From contig JAGORL010000001.1 in NCBI GenBank assembly GCA_018062825.1, forward strand, positions 125,432 to 189,431: DNA of 64,000 nt, in the 5' to 3' direction. Position numbers and translations under genes: made by a program. Below are positions 42,242-49,798 of this stretch, piece by piece. Below the pieces are notes generated by a model, which worked only from the letters and a program-made list of their open reading frames with translations, was not told the origin of the DNA and did not search any database. This DNA is from Patescibacteria group bacterium (GTDB taxonomy: Bacteria > Patescibacteriota > Patescibacteriia > UBA9934). Position 1 is the stretch's first letter. The number at the start of each line of letters is the position of its first letter.

Positions 42242-42270
42242 TTGACATTTCCCGTATTTTTTGCTACTAT
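42242..42270 (+). promoter_or_regulatory. near-consensus sigma70-type promoter (TTGACA-17-TACTAT) driving the GC-rich gene pair
   Basis: cTTGACAtttcccgtattttttgcTACTATagactg. Confidence 0.55.
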
Positions 42271-42458
42271 AGACTGTTCGAGAAAGCAGCCAAATGAACG
42301 GTATTCCCTCGGCTCAATTGCGTTCCACTCCTCCAGGGACGCAGTTGAGCCACGGGAGTGCCGTTCGGGCGCTACCACAGAACGGGCCTCGCCCGAACAC
42401 CACGCGTCCTTTCCACTCACTGTCAGTTTGCCGCTTTCACTAGCGGCTGGAGGATCCG

Positions 42459-43391
42459 ATGATCAAGCTCATCTCCCTGTTCGCCCTCGCCGCTTTCGCC
42501 CCGGTCGCCATGGCCGACGCCCCGCCCGAGTGCGTGACGCCGTGCCCCCCGGGCCCGACGGTCACGAGCGGCAGCAACTCCGCGGAGGCCGTCCAGGCCG
42601 ACGTGCAGCAGCTCCGCAGCGACCTCCGGCGCCTCAAGGCGCGGGTGGTCACGCTCGAAGGCCAGCAGGCCACCGACGAGGCCACCCGCCTCGCCGAGAT
42701 CGAGCGCCGCCTGTCGGTGCTCGAAGGCAAGATGGACGCCCTCGACCCCGCCGCCGTCAAGGTGGAGCTCACCTCGCTCCGCAGCGACCTCACCGCCCTC
42801 ACCGGGCGCGTGGCGGCGCTCGAGGAGGACATGCGTCTCATCAAGGATCGCGTCACCGCCCTCGAGGTGGCACGGGTCGCGGAGGTCATCATGCCCCGCC
42901 TCGTCACCTTCGCGACCAGCGTCGGTGCCAGCGGTTTCGCGGCCAACGGCCACGACGTCGTCTCCGACGACATGGTGTTCCACGCCTCTCCGTCCGCGGG
43001 TGGCGCGTTCGACCTCTCGGTCGGCGTGCTCGTGCGGCCCGAGGAGATCCCGATGTACTTCGGTGCCAGCGTCGCCCCGCGCCTCTCGTTCGACGAAGGG
43101 TACGGCGGCTCGCTCATCGGACGCGTCGGCGGAACGCTGGGGCCGGCCAAGGGGATGGAGCTCGGCTTGCTCGGTGGCGTGGACTTCTTCCACGACCCGA
43201 ACCTGCAGGCTCCGGACTGGATGCCCAACCCCATCCGGCAGAGCTGGCGTGGGCTGGTCGGCGCCGAGTACAACTACATCTTCTTCCGGAGTGATTCCGG
43301 ACAGGAGATCGGACTCGGTGTCGAAGCCAGCGTCCTGCCCGGTCGCGAGATCGAGGGACGGTTCCTGGGTGCGGTCAAGGCTCGGTTCTAA
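42459..43391 (+). CDS. secreted protein: signal peptide + coiled coil + beta-rich C-terminal domain ending in Phe (GC-rich)
   Basis: RBS GGAGGA; MIKLISLFALAAFAPVAMA signal; heptad-rich 60-150; alternating hydrophobic strands; C-terminal ...GAVKARF. Confidence 0.5.
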   Translation: MIKLISLFALAAFAPVAMADAPPECVTPCPPGPTVTSGSNSAEAVQADVQQLRSDLRRLKARVVTLEGQQATDEATRLAEIERRLSVLEGKMDALDPAAVKVELTSLRSDLTALTGRVAALEEDMRLIKDRVTALEVARVAEVIMPRLVTFATSVGASGFAANGHDVVSDDMVFHASPSAGGAFDLSVGVLVRPEEIPMYFGASVAPRLSFDEGYGGSLIGRVGGTLGPAKGMELGLLGGVDFFHDPNLQAPDWMPNPIRQSWRGLVGAEYNYIFFRSDSGQEIGLGVEASVLPGREIEGRFLGAVKARF

Positions 43392-43619
43392 CCTCTCTGG
43401 TCAGTGACTTCGGTCGCTGATCGGACAGGTCGTGGCGCTGTGTGACATACGAAAGTATGTTGCATGGCGCCTATTCGTTTACCAAAAAATTGACGAAAAT
43501 AGAAAAATAGGCTACGGTACGGCGTCACTTTTCAAAGCTACCAAGAGTTGCACTTGCGGCATTTCTTGGGAGACTTGAAGAGGAATTGGCCTCTCAAGCT
43601 CACACATTCTGGAGGGAAC

Positions 43620-44714
43620 ATGTTCGGGTCGTGGTTTGCGGTTCTCGTCGGGCTCTTGGAGGCTCCGGCCTTCGCAGCAGACGGTTCGCTCGTCAGTGCT
43701 CCACCGTCGGTGGATCGCATGAGGAGCGACTTGGAGACCCACGCGGGTCTCATCGAGGCGCTCAACAAGCGCGTCGAGACGCTCGCGCTGCAGGTTCCGA
43801 ACCTGCAGCAGGGGCCGCGCACGGTTCCGTCCGCGACGCGCATCGCCGAGCTCACCGAGTTCAGGAGTCGCCTGAAGTACCTCGAGGAGAACGGCGCGAG
43901 CGACGAAGAGCTCGCCGCGCTCGCAACGCGCGTCGACGCCTTCACGGCCAACATCGGTGCACTGGAGGGACGCATCGGTGTGGTGGAGCGCGGCCTCAGC
44001 ACGAACGCCACGATCGACGCCGAGCAGAGCATCGCGATCGCGAAGCTCCAGGTAGAGGTCGAAAACCTTCATCGGGCCGACGTCTACCTCACGGCGGAAA
44101 TCGTGGATGTCGACGTCAGGCAACGCTCATCGGGAGCTGGCGACATGGACCGGCTGCCGGTCAGCATGGAGCTCCTGTTCATCTCTGGCCAGGAGATGGG
44201 TGGCGGCAAGTACTACGAGTACCTCAGCGAGGACGTGGTCTGGCAGCGTTACCCGAACACGGCAACGCTCCTTGGTGGAGGTTTCGGCCTTCACTTCACC
44301 CCCAAGAAGCAGAAGCGGGAGCAGCTCTTCGGCTTCGGCATCGAGGCTCGAGGCATGTATGCCCCCGCGGGCGGCGCCTCGTTCGAGGCCCTGCTCTTGC
44401 CGACCGCCTTCGTCGATCCGCGCCGCCGCGCGAGTGTCGGCATGCTGCTCGGCTACCAGCTCCGAGCGATCGATCGCGCACAGAATGCCCCGAGCTTCGC
44501 GCGTGAGCGTCAGATCGAAGCGTACACCGACCACGGTCTCGTCGTCGGCGCCGCGATCGGGATCACGGTGATCGGATACGGGACCTCCTCGGGGCAAACC
44601 CCGGGCGAGCTCGTGCTCCGGCCCGAGATCAAGGTCGGCATCGCGAAGACTGCCAGCTACGGGTCCGTCGGCATGGCGGTCTTGTGGAGGATCGGGATTC
44701 CGAAGGACGAGTAG
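43620..44714 (+). CDS. paralogous secreted coiled-coil + beta-rich protein (GC-rich)
   Basis: RBS GGAGGG-3nt-ATG; signal MFGSWFAVLVGLLEAPAFAA; shared motif MRSDLETH versus LRSDLRRL with preceding gene; beta-strand-like C-terminus. Confidence 0.5.
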   Translation: MFGSWFAVLVGLLEAPAFAADGSLVSAPPSVDRMRSDLETHAGLIEALNKRVETLALQVPNLQQGPRTVPSATRIAELTEFRSRLKYLEENGASDEELAALATRVDAFTANIGALEGRIGVVERGLSTNATIDAEQSIAIAKLQVEVENLHRADVYLTAEIVDVDVRQRSSGAGDMDRLPVSMELLFISGQEMGGGKYYEYLSEDVVWQRYPNTATLLGGGFGLHFTPKKQKREQLFGFGIEARGMYAPAGGASFEALLLPTAFVDPRRRASVGMLLGYQLRAIDRAQNAPSFARERQIEAYTDHGLVVGAAIGITVIGYGTSSGQTPGELVLRPEIKVGIAKTASYGSVGMAVLWRIGIPKDE

Positions 44715-44738
44715 GAATCACTGATCACAAGGCGTACC

Positions 44739-44779
44739 GCCCCATCGTTGCATACGTGCAATGGTGGGGCCGTTTTTTT
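44739..44779 (+). terminator. rho-independent terminator (14-bp stem + T7)
   Basis: GCCCCATCGTTGCA-tacg-TGCAATGGTGGGGC-CGTTTTTTT. Confidence 0.8.
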
Positions 44780-46058
44780 ACTCATGATCAAAATGCCACC
44801 CGCTTGTACGTGCATGAAACGTAGTGCCAAGGGTGGAGGCACGCCGACAAACGCCAAATCCATAGCGCTCCGCTAGGCTATCAAGAGCCTGAGTGGCGCG
44901 CTCTTTCTTTTTATAAGCCGGAAGAAATGAACTGTTACTTTTTAAGCTCCATAGACCGCTAACCGAGATGCCAATAAGGCGAACCCCTTCATACAAAGGT
45001 AATTTTTCTTTAAGAATATCCCAAGCGTTTTCAAGAAGTTCGGCGCCATCAAAAAAGGGTTCTTTAAGATGTTTGCTTCCACCGTACCCGTGCATATCAG
45101 CGCCCCGGGCATAGACCTGCAGATGCGTCGCTGCTTGCTGAGATTTGCGCATACGCCAACAGACGCGATCACAAAGAGCAAGTAGGTTCTGCCGGATCTC
45201 AGAAGGCTCATGAAGATTGTGAGGGAAGGTATAGGAATGTCCGTAGGAGATTTGCTGATCTTGTGAAGTGTCGGTTACCACGTCATCACCAAGGCCACGC
45301 GCCGCTTGAAAAAGAAAGTGACCATAGCTTTTAAACTCCGCCAGTAAAACAGTCAGAGGAATGTTGCGAAGTGTAGCAACGGAGGTGGCGCCAAGGTGCT
45401 CAAGATGGCGTTCGGTTCTAAAACCAATGCCAGCAAAGGCAGCAAGCGGTTGCCCAAGAACAAAATCAGATACCTCATGTGGAGTAACAAGGGTGAGTCC
45501 ATCTGGTTTCATAGATTCTGAGGCAAGCTTGGCAACAAGTTTGTTGGGGGCAATGCCAATAGAAACGGTGCAGGCAACGCCGCAGGCTTTTCTGACATCG
45601 TTCTTAATGCGCTGAGCAAGAATGGTGGCGCCAAAATAATCGCCGCCAGAAGCAAGCGTAATGTCAGCAAAGGCTTCGTCGGTGCTGAATTGCTCAACGG
45701 CATCCGCGTGTTGGCGCAGAACCGTTAAAAAGCGTTTAGTAATTTCACTATACTTTAAAGGGTCTCCTGGAATGATGATCAGTTCCGGGCAAATCTTCTT
45801 TGCCTCAAAAGTATTCATGGCAGTTTTCACGCCACGACGCTTTGCTTCTTTGGAGGCCGTTGTAACTACAGATCGTCGGTGCTGAAGGCTATGAAGGGAT
45901 TGGCGATTGTTTGGAAGATCGCTTACTCCGCCAGCATCAAGAGGATCGCGGCCTTTGCCGGCAACGGCAATGGGCTGGCCTCGTAGCCGAGGGTTAGCCT
46001 GTTGTTCAACAGAAGCAAAGTAAGAATTGAAATCCATGTGCAGAATGATTCTGCCCAT
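44778..46058 (-). CDS. dinB: Y-family DNA polymerase (DinB/Pol IV-like)
   Basis: ILHMDFNSYFASVEQ...QPIAV; SIDEAF-type catalytic motif (FSTDEAFADI); little-finger region. Confidence 0.85.
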   Translation of the reverse strand: MGRIILHMDFNSYFASVEQQANPRLRGQPIAVAGKGRDPLDAGGVSDLPNNRQSLHSLQHRRSVVTTASKEAKRRGVKTAMNTFEAKKICPELIIIPGDPLKYSEITKRFLTVLRQHADAVEQFSTDEAFADITLASGGDYFGATILAQRIKNDVRKACGVACTVSIGIAPNKLVAKLASESMKPDGLTLVTPHEVSDFVLGQPLAAFAGIGFRTERHLEHLGATSVATLRNIPLTVLLAEFKSYGHFLFQAARGLGDDVVTDTSQDQQISYGHSYTFPHNLHEPSEIRQNLLALCDRVCWRMRKSQQAATHLQVYARGADMHGYGGSKHLKEPFFDGAELLENAWDILKEKLPLYEGVRLIGISVSGLWSLKSNSSFLPAYKKKERATQALDSLAERYGFGVCRRASTLGTTFHARTSGWHFDHE

Positions 46059-46067
46059 AGGTGATTG

Positions 46068-46451
46068 TTAGGCGCTGGCAAACTCAACGAGTCGCCATTC
46101 CAGAGTCTCCGTATCAAGTCGTAGTTTCATAAAGTCGTTATGATGCGAAACAGAGAAGTAAAAAACCCGCTTGTAACCCTCACGTGCACCATGCACGAGA
46201 TTAACCGAAGTGATGTCATACACCCTTGATCCCCAGCGCACATGGCGCGGACGAATCTTGGCCCCCGCAAAATCAACAGCAACGTCAACAGGATCGTTCA
46301 GATAGTCGTGCATAGGGGCGGTTGAGGCGTGAGAAGAGCGGTGCGTGCGCCTTATATGTTTGGCGCGCTTTGCAAGGAACGCGCGTAAGGCGCGGGAGCA
46401 CGAGGCGGATGGCGCGACGAATTTTGCGGAGCGTGAGCGGGTTTTTTCCAT
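46068..46451 (-). CDS. small hypothetical protein between lexA and dinB (possible YolD/UmuD-like accessory factor; positional inference only)
   Basis: ORF 127 aa with Arg/Ser-rich N-terminus; alternative ATG at about 46313 gives 81 aa. Confidence 0.3.
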   Translation of the reverse strand: MEKTRSRSAKFVAPSASCSRALRAFLAKRAKHIRRTHRSSHASTAPMHDYLNDPVDVAVDFAGAKIRPRHVRWGSRVYDITSVNLVHGAREGYKRVFYFSVSHHNDFMKLRLDTETLEWRLVEFASA

Positions 46452-46548
46452 ACAATGTTTTCGTTTTAGTCAATTCAATGGTTGCAATTGGTTTCAGGAA
46501 AACAACCGTGCTTGATGCAAGGGAAGACATAGAATTGTGGTAAGGGGA

Positions 46549-47172
46549 TTAAATTCTTGAGAACTTGCGAAGCACGGCGCGGACAATACCTTGAATGTTG
46601 ATGTCACCTTTGATGATGATTGGCTGCATGGTGCTATTGGCTGGCTGTAAACGGATATGATCTTTTTCCCGGTAGAAGCGTTTTAAGGTAGCGTAAGCGT
46701 TATTGAGAAGCGCGACGACGATATCCCCATTTTTCGGACTAGGATTTCTCTCTACAATGACGTAGTCACCGTCAAAGATGCCGTCTTCAATCATGGATCT
46801 ACCTTTGACCTTGAGAACATACGAATTAAGAGGATCAACCACGAAGTCTGATGGCACTGCAAAGGCTTCGGCATCCTCAATGGCTTCGATTGGTTCTCCG
46901 GCGGTGATAAGTCCGGCAAGTGGCAGCATGACGCTCATGGGTGTTAAGGGCTCAGCCTCGACAAGTTCAATGGATCTTGCGACGCCATGTTCTCCGGTAT
47001 TGATGATTCCTTTCTCACACAGCGCTTTGATATGCTGGTGAACCGTGGCTGGAGAGGAGAGGCCCAGCCTTTCAGCGATCTCTCGATACGAGGGCGTGTA
47101 GCCATTCTCTCTCACGAGTTCTTCTATGCAGGCGAGAACTTCACGTTGCTTTTTGGTGAGTGGTGGAAGCAT
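46549..47172 (-). CDS. lexA: LexA repressor
   Basis: wHTH N-domain, cleavage-site region, S24 peptidase Ser (GRSM) and Lys (KRF) motifs. Confidence 0.9.
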   Translation of the reverse strand: MLPPLTKKQREVLACIEELVRENGYTPSYREIAERLGLSSPATVHQHIKALCEKGIINTGEHGVARSIELVEAEPLTPMSVMLPLAGLITAGEPIEAIEDAEAFAVPSDFVVDPLNSYVLKVKGRSMIEDGIFDGDYVIVERNPSPKNGDIVVALLNNAYATLKRFYREKDHIRLQPANSTMQPIIIKGDINIQGIVRAVLRKFSRI

Positions 47173-47192
47173 AGGGGAGGTTATGCCGTTAC

Positions 47193-47221
47193 TATATACG
47201 AACAAAAACCGAACGCAAGAA
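47193..47221 (-). promoter_or_regulatory. putative lexA-operon promoter (-35 TTCTTG, 17 nt, -10 TATATA) containing a GTTC-N7-GTTC candidate SOS box (47200..47214)
   Basis: minus-strand reading TTCTTGcGTTCggtttttGTTCgTATATA, about 20 nt upstream of lexA ATG. Confidence 0.4.
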
Positions 47222-47302
47222 TATCCTGGGGATAAGCTGGTCTGCTAGTTCCTACTGCCTACTTCCTACTCTCTAATCAATCCGCTACACTCCGCACAAG
47301 CT

Positions 47303-48331
47303 ATGTGGAAAGTTGTTGAAGCCCCGCTCTCCGGGCACCCGGATAAAGTCTGTGATTTGATCGTCGAATCCGTTGTCGACGAGTATTTGAGGCGTGATCC
47401 GATGTCGAAAATGGACATTCAAGCCCTGGGTGCAAACGGTATGGTGGTTGTTGGTGGGGCGGTGGAATCGAAAGCCGATTTTGACGTGACTGAAATTGCG
47501 CGTCGAGCCTATGCCTCAGTTGGTTATTCGGACGAGGTTGAGTTTTTTGTAAATGTTGAAAAGCCGCGTGAGGAGCCGAGTCGAGATGTGAAATCAAGAG
47601 GTGCGCAGGGTACTGCGATTGTGTACGGCTACGCCACGCGCGAAACCCGAGAGATGCTGCCGCGTTCTGTTGTCTATGCACAGGCACTGGCGCGTCGCAT
47701 TGATGAACTACGTCAAGGTGATGAGCGATTCTCATGGTTGCGCCCAGACGGAAAAGTGCAGTTGGCCATGGAAGGTGATCGTATTGTGCATGCCGCAATA
47801 ATTGCAGCGCACACACAAGAAGTAGATGCCGCTCAAGTACAAGCGCTTCTTTTTGATCATGCGGTCACGCCAGTCCTTGGACCGTGTGAGGGTGTAAAGG
47901 TATTTGTGAATCCGGTTGGCGGCTTTACGACCGGTGGTTTTTGTATGAATGCTGGGGTTAGTGGTCGTAAGGTGCTTGCCGATATGTACGGTGGACTATT
48001 GCCGCATGGCGGCATGGCACTTGCGGGCAAGGATCCAGTAAAGCCAACGAGAGCCGGTACGTACATGGCTCGTTTTGCCGCACGCGCTGCGGTGCAAGAG
48101 GGGTTAGCAAATAATGTTTTGATCAATGCGGTGTACACCGTTGGCTTGGCAGAGCCGGTGTATTTAGTTGCTCGCGGTGGTGATGGCACAGATGTAACCG
48201 CCTGGGTTCAGGAGCATTTTGATTTTCGACCCGAAGCAATCGTGGAGCGTTTGAACTTACGTCGACCAATGTACGCCAGGGCTTCTGAGTACGGAATGTT
48301 CGGCAAAGAGGGCGTGCCTTGGGAGGAGTAA
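47303..48331 (+). CDS. metK: S-adenosylmethionine synthetase (short form, 342 aa)
   Basis: LSGHPDKVCD N-terminus, GGGAFSGKD-like GGMALAGKDPVKPTRAGTYMAR motif; shorter than typical bacterial MetK. Confidence 0.8.
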   Translation: MWKVVEAPLSGHPDKVCDLIVESVVDEYLRRDPMSKMDIQALGANGMVVVGGAVESKADFDVTEIARRAYASVGYSDEVEFFVNVEKPREEPSRDVKSRGAQGTAIVYGYATRETREMLPRSVVYAQALARRIDELRQGDERFSWLRPDGKVQLAMEGDRIVHAAIIAAHTQEVDAAQVQALLFDHAVTPVLGPCEGVKVFVNPVGGFTTGGFCMNAGVSGRKVLADMYGGLLPHGGMALAGKDPVKPTRAGTYMARFAARAAVQEGLANNVLINAVYTVGLAEPVYLVARGGDGTDVTAWVQEHFDFRPEAIVERLNLRRPMYARASEYGMFGKEGVPWEE

Positions 48332-48398
48332 GGTGCTTGACGAAGCATGCGTCGAGTGATACTCTTATTTTCGCTTTACTCAGATTTTTTTCTGGTTT

Positions 48399-48582
48399 GG
48401 AGTGACTGACAGCGTTCGGTATTGCGGCTTTGGGGGAGCTGCAGTCCTAGCGCGGGACCATGACACCGAGCGAACACACGGCATTGGGCATGTGTGTTGG
48501 TAGCGATTGCGTAAAGACTGCGGGTTTGGGCGGACCTTGCAGTTACACGGTTTACGAGTCAGTACATTCTGTCAGTCACTCC
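48399..48582. other. candidate structured RNA element: 14-bp perfect long-range inverted repeat (GGAGTGACTGACAG / CTGTCAGTCACTCC) enclosing about 155 nt with internal hairpins
   Basis: lies in a 370-nt gene-free interval between metK and a small ORF. Confidence 0.25.
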
Positions 48583-48703
48583 TCGCACTTCGTTGTTCGT
48601 TTCTCGTGCTCCACGTACGCCTCTGCGTCACGTGGAGTTTTCTTTATGCTATACTTATTTCATCAGGAAATTAATTGATTCATGTAACAAGATCTTTGGA
48701 GGT

Positions 48704-48958
48704 ATGCCTGCCAAGCCAGCCGTAAAAAAAGCGACAACAATTCGTAAGACAGCATCTGCACGTCCACCAATGCATTCTCATGGCGGTGGCGCTTGCACGT
48801 CATGTAATGCTTTGCCAACAGGCAGCATGGAACTACTTGGCCTGATGCTCGTTCTCGTTTTCTCACTGACCGCGGTACTACTTACCTCGGTATACGCATT
48901 GAATTTAGAAGCTGCTAAGGTTGCACAGCTAGAAACAGCTCTTGCTCACGCCGAGTAA
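48704..48958 (+). CDS. small hypothetical membrane protein
   Basis: GGAGG-3nt-ATG; basic N-terminus, one TM helix LLGLMLVLVFSLTAVLLTSVYAL. Confidence 0.3.
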   Translation: MPAKPAVKKATTIRKTASARPPMHSHGGGACTSCNALPTGSMELLGLMLVLVFSLTAVLLTSVYALNLEAAKVAQLETALAHAE

Positions 48959-49057
48959 GTAAAGAAATCGCCCTAAGTTTATCAAGGGGCGATTTTGTAT
49001 TCTAGGCAAAATTAAGAAATAGAGTAGAATAGTTGGGAAGAATCTTTGCTTGAACAT

Positions 49058-49720
49058 ATGTCTGTCTTGCGTTTCTCCTTTATTGCTGCTATGAGTTTGC
49101 TGCTTCTCGGAGCTGGCTGCTCAGTTTCATCAGATGGCTCATCAATGGGTCTTGATACTGGGTTAGGTGGTCTAGTCTCGGGGCAGGGTGATACAAATAA
49201 CTCCAATGAAAATAGTATGGACGAACAAAAAACATGGTCATTTCCAGGTACACTCAGCGAAGAAAAGATTGAAGGGAAAAAGGTTCGCATCGCAACCGAG
49301 CAGGGAGATATCGTGATCGAGCTTTTTAATAAGACGGCGCCACTGACGGTTTCTAACTTTGTTTACCTTGCTGAGGGTGGTTTTTACGACGGCATTGCGT
49401 TCCATCGCCGCGAGGAAGGATTTGTTTTGCAAGGTGGAGATCCACAAACAAAGACTTTGCCAATCACTGATCGTATGATCGGTACCGGTGGCCCAGGTTA
49501 CCGTTTCGCAGATGAGCTTGATGACGAGTACGATTACGATCGTGGCATTGTTGCTATGGCAAACTCCGGAGCAAATACAAACGGTAGTCAGTTCTTCATC
49601 ATGCTCTCTGATTATCCTCTACCAAAAAGCTACAGTATCTTTGGTCGTGTAGTTGAAGGTATGGAGATCGTTGATGCACTTCAGCGCGGAGCAGTGATGC
49701 AGAAGGTAACTGTTGAATAA
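49058..49720 (+). CDS. ppiB: peptidyl-prolyl cis-trans isomerase, cyclophilin type, lipoprotein
   Basis: lipobox LLLGAGCS; cyclophilin motifs FHRREEGFVLQGGDP, MANSGANTNGSQFFI. Confidence 0.85.
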   Translation: MSVLRFSFIAAMSLLLLGAGCSVSSDGSSMGLDTGLGGLVSGQGDTNNSNENSMDEQKTWSFPGTLSEEKIEGKKVRIATEQGDIVIELFNKTAPLTVSNFVYLAEGGFYDGIAFHRREEGFVLQGGDPQTKTLPITDRMIGTGGPGYRFADELDDEYDYDRGIVAMANSGANTNGSQFFIMLSDYPLPKSYSIFGRVVEGMEIVDALQRGAVMQKVTVE

Positions 49721-49798
49721 GGGGACTACAAAAAGAGCCGAGGCTCTTTTTGTGTTCTATGGAAAGCTCGCGTATTGTGCTTTTGTTACACTATCCCT

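Noticed and set aside
42242-44597. Multiple long overlapping ORFs (42242-43294 +, 42423-43193 -, 42440-43273 -, 43586-44506 +, 44107-44571 +, 44127-44597 -)
   Set aside because: All are Arg/Ala/Pro-rich alternative frames of the GC-rich block; only 42459-43391 and 43620-44714 have RBSs, signal peptides and sensible domain organisation.
46068-46451. Calling the lexA-dinB intervening ORF ImuA or UmuD
   Set aside because: Too short for ImuA (RecA-like) and lacks the UmuD/LexA S24 Ser-Lys motifs; left as hypothetical with positional hint only.
48332-48703. RNase P RNA or a tRNA in the long metK-downstream intergenic region
   Set aside because: No GGAAAGUCCGG / ACAGAACCCGGCUUA RNase P signatures and no GGTTCGAATCC-type T-arm; kept only as generic structured-RNA candidate.
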